Positions 11,614-23,315 of a DNA stretch of 64,000 bases are shown in pieces. The DNA comes from Octopus sinensis (taxonomy: Eukaryota): assembly GCF_006345805.1 (NCBI RefSeq), contig NC_043004.1, positions 58,776,001 to 58,840,000 of the forward strand, given 5' to 3'. The stretch's first letter is position 1, and the number at the start of each line of letters is the position of its first letter. Made by a program: the position numbers and the translations under genes. The notes below the pieces were generated by a model. The model was not told where the DNA came from and searched no databases. It worked only from the letters and a program-made list of their open reading frames with translations.

Positions 11614-14600
11614 AGAGACCTTCTCTTTGTGGCATGTCGGAAAACATGCTGGGGGCTTCCATGGTGTACATGGAGGCTATGGTTATGGTTCCTGCAACGA
11701 GGAGGGAACCAGGCTGATGGAGTTCTGCGATGCAAATGATCTTATGGTTTGCAACTCTAACTTCAGGAAACCTACCAGCCACCTAGTCACCTACCGATCG
11801 GGTCGACATACCAGCCAAATTGACTACATCCTTGCCAGGAAAAGTGAAAGATGGCTGCTTATAAATGCCAAAACCTTCCCCGGCGAAGAATGTACCCCAC
11901 AACATAGACTAGTAGTTAGTGACTTTAGGATCAGGACTAAGAGGACAACCAGAAGACGACCAACATGGAGAAGAAGGATCTGGAAGCTTAAAGATCCTGC
12001 AAATGGACAGAGATTTAGGGACATATTACTTGAAGGCTTTGACGAAGTAGAAGGGGATATAGCTTCACATGGGGTAGAAGACAACTGAAAGATTCTAAGG
12101 GACAACCTGCTGAGAGCCACTGACCAGATCTGTGGCCGGTGCAAAGTCCCCTCTCGACCTAAAATAACGTGGTGGTGGAACAATATTGTAGACAGGGCTA
12201 TTAGTGAAAAGAGACAGGCTTGGAAGGACTGGAAGAATGGGGGTAGCAGGGGATTGTATCAGACTGCCAAAAGAGAAGCTAGGAGACAGGTTTATTTAGC
12301 CAGAGGGGAAGCAGATAAGAAAAAATTTGCCAATGTTCTGCACTGTGAGGACCAAAGACTTGAGGTATTTCATGTTGCAAGACAGTGTGTGAGAGAGAAT
12401 CGTGATGTGGTAGGAGAGAAGTGTGTTCGCATGGAAGATGGTTCACTTGCGCTAAATGAGGATGCAAAGAGTGAGGTTTGGAGATGCCACTATGAAAGGT
12501 TGCTGAATGAAGAAAATGAATGGGATAAAGAGAGTCTGCTGAATGTCGACCCAACAGAGGGACCAGCTATCCAAGTTGACAGTTCCTAAGTAGTTAAGGC
12601 AATTAGAAGCATGAAGACAGGGAAAGCCCCAGGCTATTCAGAAATTACTGCAGAGATGCTCAAAATGTCTGGTAGTGTCGGCTATAGCCTAGTCGCCCGT
12701 ATAGTTAACCAGGTGATACACGAAGGAGTCATACACAATGACTGGTGTAGCAGCATAATAGTCAACTGCTACAAAGGTAAAGGTGACGCCTTAGATACTA
12801 ATAATTACAGAGGTATTAAACTGTTGGATCAGGTAATGAAGGTTACGGAGAGGGTCATAGCCCAACTAATTAGAGGGAGAGTTAGTCTAGATGAGATGCA
12901 GTTTGAGTTCATGCCAGGGAAAAGCACCACTGATGCCATATTCCTGGTAAGACAGCTGCAGGAGAAATATCTAGCTAAAGATAAGCCCCTGTAACTGGCT
13001 TTCGTTGACATGGAGAAAGCCTTTGACAGGGTCCCCCGATCTCTTATCTGGTGGTCAATGAGGAAACTAGGGATAGATGAATGGTTAGTGAGAGCTGTGC
13101 AAGCCATGTACAGGGACGCTGCTAGTAAGGTGAGGGTTGGCAACAAGTACAGTGAAGAATTCCGGGTAGAGGTAGGAGTCCACCAAGGTTCAGTCCTCAG
13201 CCCCCTCCTATTAATCATAGTCCTCCAGGCAATAACAGAGGAATTCAAGACAGGATGCCCCTGGGAGCTCCTCTACGCTGATGACCTTGCTCTAATTGCT
13301 GAGTCACTATCAGTACTGGAGGAGAAGTTTCAGGTGTGGAAGCAAGGATTAGAATCGAAGGGCCTTAGAGTCAACCTAGCTAAAACCAAAGTCCTAATAA
13401 GTAGGAAGGTAGACAAGTCACAAACGCCTTCAGGTAGATGGCCCTGCTCGATCTGCAGAAAAGGCGTAGGTAGAAACTCTATAAGCTGCACCAAGTGTAA
13501 GCTATGGACACATAAGAGGTGCAGCAACGTCAAGGGAAGGCTAACTAGGAAGATAGTTTTTGTATGTAGCAGATGCTCAGGAGCAATAAACACTGAAAAT
13601 GCACAGAGACCAACTTCCACCACATTCCAGGGAGAAAAACTAGAAATAGTTGATAGCTTCCATTACCTAGGTGACCAAGTCAGTAGCAGGAGCGGGTGTG
13701 TTGAAAGTGAAACTGCTAGAGTAAGAATAACCTGGGCAAAGTTCAGAGAGCTCTTACCCCTACTAGGGACAAAAGGCCTCTCGCTCAGAGTAAAAGGCAG
13801 ACTGTATGACGCATGTGTACGAACAGCTATGCTACATGGCAGTGAAACATGGGCCGTGACTGCTGAGGATATGTGTAAGCTCGCAAGAAATGAAGCCTAT
13901 ATGCTCCGATGGATGTGTAATGTCAGTGTTCATACTCGACAGAGTGTAAGTACCTTGAAGAAAAGTTGGACCTAAGAAGCATCAGTTGTGGTGTACAAGA
14001 GAGACGTTTGTGCTGGTATGGTCATGTGGTGAGACTGGATGAAGATAGTTGTGTGAAAGGGTGCCACACCTTAGCGGTTGAGGGAACCTGTGGAAGAGGT
14101 AGACCCAGGAAAACCTGGGACGAGGTGGTGAAGCATGATCTTCTAACTTTAGGTCTCACCGAGGAAATGACTAGCGACCAAGACCTTTGGAAGTATGCTG
14201 TGCGTGAGAAAAACCAGCAGGACAAGTGAGACCATTACCAATGGCCTCAGTCCACTTATCCATTCCTTTCCTTCTTGGGACACAAAACTCTACTTGTGAA
14301 GACCTGTTGAGGCAAGTGAAAACCAAAATCAAAATCAAAATCGATCAACATCAATGGAAATTGTAGCTGTGACACCAGTGCCGGTGGCACATAAGAGAAC
14401 CATCTGATCGTGGCCATTGCCAGCGCCACCCTGACTGGCCTCCGTGCCGGTGGCACAAAAAAAGCTCCATCCAATCGTGGCCATTGCCAGCCTCGCCTGG
14501 CCTCCGTGCCGGTGGCACGTAAAAAGTACCATCCAATCGTGGCCGTTTGTCAGCCTTGTCTGGCACGTAAAAAGCACCCACTACACTCATGGAGTGGTTG

Positions 14601-14746
14601 GCGTTAGGAAGGGCATGCAGCCGTAGAAACATTGCCGGATCAGACTGGGCCTGGTGCAGCCTCCTGGCTTCCCAGACCCCAGTTGAACCGTCCAACCCAT
14701 GCTAGCATGGAAAGCAGATGCTAAACAATGATGATGATGATGATGA
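11614..14746 (+). mobile_element. 5'-truncated RTE LINE (partial AP endonuclease, RT, PHD-like finger, 3' UTR repeats, (ATG)n tail); pseudogenised
   Basis: SQIDYIL (endonuclease), NYRGIKLL, AFVDMEKAFDRV, GVHQGSVLSP, LYADDL (RT). Stops at 12088, 12589 and 12994; frameshift near 13966. Confidence 0.95.
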
Positions 14747-14791
14747 CATACATGAGTGTGTGTGTATAATATGTATGTATATATATATCTA

Positions 14792-15017
14792 TTGGGTTGT
14801 CCGGAAAGTTTGTGCTGATTTTTAAAGGAAAGAAAAAGGTCAATAAATACTTGCCATTACATTTTTAATTAACCAAATATGAATCATCTTGTTGCACAAT
14901 GCGTTTCCATCTTTCCTTTTAACTTGAAAATACCCTCTTCCCAGAATTGAGGTGCCTGGGAGAGTAAGTCGAAAGGTAAGCTACTATAAATCGGCACGAA
15001 CTTTACAGACAACCCAA
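14792..15017 (-). mobile_element. Internally deleted mariner element
   Basis: TA flanks; TIR TTGGGTTGTCCGGAAAGTTTGTGCTGATTT / AAATCGGCACGAACTTTACAGACAACCCAA. Minus strand remnant QFWEEGIFKL..RWKRIVQQDDSY resembles the mariner transposase C-terminus. Confidence 0.85.
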
Positions 15018-15088
15018 TATATACACACATGTAGATACTATATATATATCATATACATACATACATACATGCATACATGTGTGTGTGT

Positions 15089-15131
<43 letters not shown>

Positions 15132-15450
15132 TGTGCGTGCTGTGGTGTTCTTTTCACACTTTGTTTAGCTATTGATGTTCTAATACAATGTTCAGTTTCT
15201 TTGAGATGGAGTCCACTTTCTTTCATGACTAATGTGCTATCTACAGCATAGATTAGTTGGTTTCACTAAGTCTGTGATAAATTAGTTTCCATTATTTGTT
15301 GTTGCTGCTATTTTATCCGTTAAGTTTTAGCCTTGAATACACAAGTACTACTGGCTTATTTGTTTATGGCAGGGCAACGTTTGCTTGCTCTATTTTTTGT
15401 ATTTCTATCATCATCATCATCATCATCATCATCATTATTACTCTTTCATT

Positions 15451-15670
15451 CTTTTACTCTCTTTTACTTGTTTCAATCATTTCCCTGTGGCCATGCTGGA
15501 GCACTGCCTTTACTCAAGCAAATCGACCCCAGGACTTATTCTTTGTAAGCCCAGTACATATTCTATCGGTCCCTTTTGCCGAACTGCTAAGTTACAGGGA
15601 CGTAAACACACCAGCATCGGTTGTCAAGCGATGTTGGGGGACAAACACAGTCACACAAACATATACACAC

Positions 15671-15717
<47 letters not shown>

Positions 15718-15881
15718 TACAACAGGCTTCTTTCAGTTTGCATCTACCAAATCCACTCACAAGGCTTTGGTTGGCCCAAGGCTATAGTAGAAGACACTTG
15801 CCCAAGGTGCCATGCAGTGGGACTGAACCCAGAACCAAGTGGTCTGTAAGCAAGCTACTACCACACAGCCACTCCTATGCC

Positions 15882-15883
<2 letters not shown>
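15451..15883 (-). mobile_element. SINE family A
   Basis: Reverse complement of family A. Confidence 0.9.
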
Positions 15884-15935
<52 letters not shown>

Positions 15936-15940
15936 CAATG

Positions 15941-16150
15941 AAGGCAGCAAGCTAGCAGAATCATTAGCATGCTGGCAAAAACACTTAGTGACACTTCGCC
16001 TGTCACTACATTCTGAGTTCAAATTCTACGGAAGTCAACTTTGCCTTTCATCCTTTCAGGGTCGGTAAGTAGGAGTTGAGTACTGGGGTTGATATAATCG
16101 ACTCATCACCTCCCCATATTGCTGCCACTGTGGAAAAATTTGAAACCATT
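15941..16150 (+). mobile_element. SINE family B2
   Basis: AAGGCAGCAAGCTAGCAGAATC head; TTCTGAGTTCAAATTC B box; CTTTCATCCTTTCAGGGTCG. Confidence 0.8.
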
Positions 16151-16856
<706 letters not shown>

Positions 16857-17080
16857 AGGTGGTGAGCTGGCAGAATTGTTAGCACACCGGGCAAAATGCT
16901 TAGTGGTATTTCATTTGTCCTTACATTCTCAGTCAAATTTCGCCACGGTCAACTCTGCCTTTCATCCTTTCAGGGTCGATAAAATAAGTACCAGCTGAGT
17001 ATTGGGGTCAATGTAATCAATTAGTCTCCCTCCCCAAAATTTCTGGCCTTGTGCCTATAGTAGAAAGGATTATTATTATT
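16857..17080 (+). mobile_element. SINE family B2, full length
   Basis: GGTGGTGAGCTGGCAGAATTGTTAGCAC..GCCTTTCATCCTTTCAGGGTCGATAAAATAAGTACCAG..GGCCTTGTGCCTATAGTAGAAAGGATTATT. Confidence 0.9.
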
Positions 17081-17384
17081 ACGAAGGGTAGTATGTTTAT
17101 GGAATCATTGGAGCAAATGCCTTGTTCCATGTCTATATCTTCTAAGTTCATATCTCAACAAGATCAACTTTACTTGTCATTCTTATAGGGTTAATAAAAT
17201 AAGTACCAGTCATGAACTTGGGTCAATGTAACTGATTAACTTTTTAGAAAACTGTTGGCTTTGTACTGAAATGAGAAATTATACTGCGGGAGATTGGCAG
17301 AATTGTTTGTGTTGGGCAAAATGCCTTGAAGTGCCATATTTGATGGCATAAAAAATGCACATGCATAATAGATGCACTCTAAGT

Positions 17385-17530
17385 TCATCATCATCATCAT
17401 CATTTAACATGTTTTCCATGCTGGCATGGGTTGGACAGTTTGACTTGAGCTGGGATGGCCAAGGGGCTACACCAGGCTCCATTGTCTGTTCTGGTATGGT
17501 TTCTAAAGCTGGATGGCCTTCCTAAAACCA
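17385..17530 (-). mobile_element. RTE 3' end fragment
   Basis: (CAT)n TTAACATGTTTTCCATGCTGGCATGGGTTGG. Confidence 0.75.
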
Positions 17531-17534
17531 CCCT

Positions 17535-17790
17535 GAAACGTGCATGTGGCTGAGCACTCCACAGACACGTGTACCCTTAATGTAGTTCTCAAGGAGATTC
17601 AGCGGGACACAGAATGTGACAAGGTTGGCCCTTTGAAGTACAGGTGCTACACACTTTTGCCAGCTGAATGAACTGGAACAATGTGAAATAAAATGTCTTG
17701 CTCAAGGACATGATGCGTCACTGAGAATTGAACTCATGACTTTGCAATCACAAGCTGAATACCTTAACCATTAAGCCATGCACCTTCACA
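17535..17790 (-). mobile_element. tRNA-derived SINE family D
   Basis: Minus strand head GTGAAGGTGCATGGCTTAATGGTTAAG..GAGTTCAATTC (A and B boxes), then CCTTGAGCAAGAC. Related pieces at ~49180-49335, ~47730-47880 and ~53890-54040. Confidence 0.75.
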
Positions 17791-19217
17791 CAGAGGGTAC
17801 TGGCTGCCTTTTTATGTGGCACCAGTGCTTTGAAGTGGCACCAGTGCTTTGAAGTGACACCAGTATGAGTGCTCTTTTATGTGGCACCAGCATTGGTATC
17901 AATTTCGTATAATAGAAACATATCAGTGGTAAAAGATCATAATAGCTTATGAGGAGTTTCAGCTATGAATTACAAATATTTTTTTTTCTGCTGTTTTTTT
18001 TTAACCAAAATCAAGTAGAAATATTTCTCTCTTTTCATGTGCCATGCCTACAGGTGTCAACAATCTTAAACCTCTTTGCCAAAATCTGAAGATTCCTGAT
18101 CTGTCTTAGGAAAGATACAGCAGTGCTTTCCGGTTCTCTTCGGCCAGTTTAGTTACTGTTTACTCTGTTAGTTTTCTACTCTCCCAAGCTTATCCTCAAA
18201 GTACAGGCCCTATTTAAAATTTTGACTGGAGGACTGCTTTGTGCAACATCAGGGCATGTCCATATATCGGTGGGCCAGTGTGATATATGTCTAAGAGCCA
18301 GCTCTAATCTGAGTCCTTTATGCCTTAACTAGAGGACCATTTTATACTATTTGATTTATAACTGGGCCCTTGATAGGTAAGACCATTCAAGGCCAGAGTA
18401 GACCTGGGATAATTGGTAACTTAAGGGCAAGCCTGCACTCCCCAAAACTTCTAAAATTGGACCTCATCACTGAATGCAATTTAATGTCTTGCCTAGGACA
18501 AAATGAAATATAATTTCTATAAAAAAAAATAATAATAATAATAATAATAATAATGGATAAAAATAAAGATAAACAAAACTATTTCTTCATATTTACACAG
18601 AAGAAGTGATTAAAAATGAAACAAGTTTTTGCCCAGCATAAATCAATTCAGACTATTAGATTGTCTTTCACAAAACACAGATGGAGTATTAATATAACCA
18701 AAATAAATTTGACATGTTTAATTAGCAAAATGAATTCTGTTAACATTAGAAATGACCAATCAATTATATAAAAATAAAAATAAATATTAAAAAGAACTGT
18801 GTAAATATCTAGGTGGTTGGTTTGTTATATTCTAAAATGGAATCTTATTTGTTAATGTAATACCAAGGATATGCTGAATAGCATCTGTTTATTTTATCAA
18901 ATGGCATTAGGCAATACAGCTTTGTAGTATCTATAGCAGCAGACAATAACTGGCATGCTTAGCAATCTACGTAATATGTGGTCTGATTCACATGGCAAAA
19001 CATGATTTCATATCTTCATGAAACAACACGGAGGCTTGTATTTATACACAGATAAATCTATAACAACATAATCCTTGCCTACAGTCAAATATCTATAAGA
19101 TGTGTGTGTGAGTGTGCATGTGTGTATATATATATATATACATGCATACACACACAAATTATATATACTTTTCTACATATATATACACATACACACACAC
19201 AAACACACAAACGTGCA

Positions 19218-19252
<35 letters not shown>

Positions 19253-19566
19253 AGCTTCTCCTGATCCCTGTCTTATTCTGTCTCTCTTTCAAAGGTTTTC
19301 CCTTCACAATTGGATGAATATTCAGTATACTTTGGTCTTTTCTCTGCTGAACCATGACTAAGGTTAAAGTGTGTTCTTGAGGAACATGTTTTTCTCAGGT
19401 AGATGGACTTCCTGGCTAACATAATCTAGAATGATTATGATTCCAATTCATGAGTATTTTAATCTTTTTTTACTACACCAACATAATAAAGACAGTAAAA
19501 TATCCAGTCTATTGAAAACTATGACAAATAAAACCTTTAAAACCCAGTAAGCTAAGCCTGTGTGCC

Positions 19567-19950
19567 CTAAAAATAGATAATGTTGCTATTAGGTATCTTG
19601 CGCAGTTCCTCCTGTCGGACATGTTGTTGGTGAATTCTGGCTCGTTGGCATAAAGAATTTCCAGTTTCACCTATGTAATCCTCTTTGCACGTGGGGCAGG
19701 TTATGTAGTATATTATGTTCTGCATCTTGCAGTTTATATCTGCATTTATTTTGAATATGTGACCTCTTTTAAATTTCATTTCTTCGTCTCCCTCTATGTA
19801 TTTGTAGGTGGCGTTACTGCAGATCCCACATCTACCATCTCCACACTCTTTTACAAAGATTTCAGTTTTAGTTTCTGATGAGAATTTCACTCTTGTTAGT
19901 TGTTTCTTTAGTCTTTTGTCTTGTTGTCTACTGTTTTTTATGCAATGTTT
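19567..19950 (-). mobile_element. Penelope-like element fragment (Cys linker and GIY-YIG endonuclease)
   Basis: CGDGRCGIC..INCKMQNIIYYITCPTCKEDYIGETGNSLCQRARIHQQHVR. Confidence 0.85.
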
Positions 19951-20017
19951 AGTATGTTTGTTTAGTATATATATATATATATAGATAGATAGATAGATAG
20001 ATAGATAGTTAGATAGA

Positions 20018-20191
20018 TAGGCGCAGGAGTGGCTGTCTGGTAAATAGCTTGCTTACCAACCACATGGTTCCGGGTTCATTCCCACAGCATGGCACCTTGG
20101 GCAAATATGTTCTAGTATAGCCTCGAGCTGACCAAAGCCTTGTGGGTGGATTTGGTAGACAGAACTAAAAGAAGCCTATCGTATATATGTG

Positions 20192-20224
<33 letters not shown>

Positions 20225-20449
20225 ATATGTTTGTGTGTCTGTGTTTGTCCACCCAACATTGCTTGACAACCGATGATGATGTGTTCATGTCCTCGTAACT
20301 TAGCAGTTTGGCAAAAGAGACCGATAGAATAAGTACTAGGCTTACAAATAAGTCCTGGGGTCGATTTGCTTGACTAAAGGTGGTGCTCCAGCATGGCTAC
20401 AGTCAAATGACTGAAACAAGTAAAAGAGAGTAAAAGAGAGAAAAAGAGA
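20018..20449 (+). mobile_element. SINE family A
   Basis: Family A. Confidence 0.9.
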
Positions 20450-20504
20450 ATATATATAGTCTCACCTATTCTTGCATGGAAGAGGGACGTTAAACGATGA
20501 TGAT

Positions 20505-20542
<38 letters not shown>

Positions 20543-20570
20543 ATAAAAAAGCAACAAGAATGGATCAATA

Positions 20571-20660
20571 TTTCGGTACAATTGTTTCGTACGAAGACAG
20601 CTTTATTAAGGCTGCAAATATTGCAGTAAATATAAGTGACCCGTACTCATCAGCCGAAAA
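20571..20660 (-). ncRNA. Minimal type I hammerhead ribozyme with intact core
   Basis: UUUCGG-CUGAUGA-GUACG..CGUAC-GAAA-CAAUUG-UA^-CCGAAA: 6-bp stem I, 5-bp stem II, palindromic stem III, GUA cleavage triplet. Confidence 0.8.
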
Positions 20661-21068
20661 AACATCTGAGTTCTCCAAACATCTAAGGGGGTGATGTTAC
20701 ACTCCTGAAACATTGGTGATAGTTCTATAAAAATAAGAATTAGGTAACAAATGGACTTCTGAAAGTTCTTTTAGTGTTGCACAGTCATATAACGGGTTTT
20801 AATATGATGAATATGATACCTCTCCTCATATCTCCAGAATTCAAACTTTCTTCAATATGGATGGATTTACATTTTCAATTTCATTTTCATTTTCTGGAAA
20901 ACTAAGAGGTTTTTTAAAATACTTTTTTAAAACCCGTTATATGACTGTGCAACACTAAAAGAACTTTCAGAAGTCCATTTGTTACCTAATTCTTATTTTT
21001 ATAGAGCTATCACCAATGTTTCAGGAGTGTAACATCACCCCCTTAGATGTTTGGAGAACTCAGATGTT

Positions 21069-21158
21069 TTTTCGGCTGATGTGTACGGGTCACTTATATT
21101 TACTGCAATATTTGCAGCCTTAATAAAGCTGTCTTCGTACGAAACAATTGTACCGAAA
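21069..21158 (+). ncRNA. Hammerhead ribozyme copy with an A9-to-U core substitution
   Basis: Same as the left-arm motif but CTGATGT at 21076-21082. Confidence 0.7.
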
Positions 21159-21331
21159 TATTGATCCATTCTTGTTGCTTTTTTCTTATTTATAATTACC
21201 CCACATTATCTTATGGTTAACACCATATAGATTTCTGGTGCATCTAAGTTAAGTACCGCATTCATGTGAATTCAACAGAACTCACTTGAATCTTAATTGC
21301 TTTTACTATATATATATATATACTCCCTAAT

Positions 21332-21387
<56 letters not shown>

Positions 21388-21919
21388 CATACAAGCATGC
21401 ATGCATAGACATGCCACATATTTTTAAAAAGCTGGTTATTCGCTCTGCAACCAATCAGTGGTTTTCAATCAACAACAACAGCGAAGATGGTAACTAAGGC
21501 AAATGAAAAGATAGAAGCAGAAAACTTCATGTGTTTATGTTTATTTGTCACTACATAAAAGATATTATTCAATATGTCCTACATAAATAGGTCAATAATC
21601 AATAGAATATCGACATAGAAGGTTGATTTTCTTTACTTTGCCTCGGTTAAACAGTAAACCTGAATTCTTTTCTGATGGTGGACTTAAATGTAACAGTGCT
21701 GATGCCCCTCATCTAAAAATCTGAACTAGATGGCTAGAACTCCTTGGGGACAAACAGGACTTTCCACTTTCAACAATCTCACAGTGGCTATGTGGTAAGA
21801 AGCTTGCTTCTCAACCATAAGGTTCTGCGTTCAGTTCCACTATATGGTGCCTTGGGCAAGTGTCTTCTACTGTAGCCTCAGGCTGACCAAAGCCATGTGG
21901 GGATGTGGTATGTATGTGT

Positions 21920-22365
21920 GCTGGAAGGTTGCACCAGATTCCAGTTTGACTTGTCGTGGTTTCTATGGCTGGATGCCCTTCCTAATGCCAACCACTCTGA
22001 GAGTATAATGGGTGCTTTTACATGCCTCTGGCACGGTTGCCATTTGTGTGACACCAGTATCTGCCACAACTGTGATTTTACTTGGCTTGATGGGTCTTCT
22101 TCTCAAGCATGACATAATGCCAAGCGTTTCACTAATTTGCCATTGTCTCCGTGAGGCACATGCCACCGGTATCGGCTACTTTGCCTCCATGTGGCCCAAC
22201 ACTCAAAATGTGCTTTCTATGTGCTACTGGCATGGGTGCCAGTTATGTGACACCAGCATGGCCGTCTCTCTAGCACACCACATCTGATGCTTCTTATGCC
22301 CAATTTTTCTTTCAAGATGCTTACACTGCATACCGATATTGCTCCTCCATCAGCATACTGGCTTC
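21920..22365 (-). mobile_element. Older RTE-family 3' fragment
   Basis: GCTGGATGCCCTTCCTAATGCCAACCACTC tail motif; ORF-end remnant CAGCATACTGGCTTC as in the RTE at 25550. Confidence 0.7.
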
Positions 22366-22369
22366 ATAT

Positions 22370-22756
22370 ATATATATATATATATATATAAAGCTGAAGT
22401 TGTCTATGTACGGTACGTTTGGTAGCCTATCTCCTCTGAGACCCTGCGGCACAAGTTGACCAAAATTGAGAGCATGATAGAAGAAGGCTTCTCTTCCTTC
22501 CGTAGAAGAAAAACTTCGGATCAGACCATGTTAACACCAAAAATTACTTACATCAAAAAGGTGCTTTTTTTTTTCTATGAAAATCCTTATTTTTTACGAT
22601 TTTTTTACTGCTGTGTCGACATTTTTCGGTGTATTTCGACCAGAAAAATGTTCAAAATGCAAAATTTTTACTTTTCAATGCAAAATTTTTACTTTTCAAA
22701 AATTCCAATTTTAAAGGGTCAAAATAAACCCGAGCAACGCCAGGCAACACTGCTAG
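22370..22756 (+). mobile_element. Second non-autonomous Helitron family (same termini, different interior)
   Basis: TATATATAAAGCTGAAGTTGT 5' region; AAACCCGAGCAACGCCAGGCAACACTGCTAG|T 3' end. The exact 5' TC is obscured by (TA)n. Confidence 0.8.
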
Positions 22757-22906
22757 TATGTATATATATTCTACATCGAGTCAAAAACGGGATGGACGCT
22801 TTGATTTTGTTTTGGTGCCTCGCTCTGTCGTACGCGACTATGAGGATTTGCATCCCCAATGTAAAACTTATAATGTAATACATGTCCTTGAAGTAATAAT
22901 TGTACA

Positions 22907-22991
22907 CGGCTGAAGAAGGCTATAGACACACATTTACATCAATTATGCATTGTTATAAACCGTCTAATAAAGGCCCGAAACATATGTACCG
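22907..22991 (+). ncRNA. Minimal type I hammerhead ribozyme candidate
   Basis: CGG-CTGAAGA-AGGC..TAGAC/GTCTA..GGCCC-GAAA-CATATG-TA^-CCG. Confidence 0.65.
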
Positions 22992-23315
22992 CTAAATCCT
23001 TTGCATCATGTTTTTATTTTGATAAATATACTCTATCACCTACACCACTAAATGTCATATACAGGTGCTTACAATTATCAAGTATTCACCCTGAATTTTT
23101 TATATATATATATATATAAATATATATATATATCATCATCATCATCATCATCATCATCATTTAACGTCCGCTTTCCATGCTAGCATGGGTTGGACGGTTC
23201 AACTGGGGTCTGGGGAGCCCGAAAGCTGCACCAGTCCAGTCAGATCTGGCAGTGTTTCTACAGCTGGATGCCCTTCCTAACGCCAACCACTCGAGAGTGT
23301 AGTGGGTGATTTTAT

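Larger units (their letters stand above)
20545..21184. mobile_element. Foldback element: 258-bp inverted arms around a 124-bp spacer, each arm carrying a hammerhead motif
   Basis: Arms 20545-20802 and 20927-21184 are reverse complements with only two mismatches seen (20723 and 20647/21082). Confidence 0.95.

Noticed and set aside
17535-17790. tRNA genes (also 35040 and 50503)
   Set aside because: Only A/B-box heads without a full cloverleaf; each continues into SINE body sequence.
22456-22878. 140-aa ORF inside the Helitron
   Set aside because: AT-rich, low-complexity, crosses the element boundary and has no recognisable domain.
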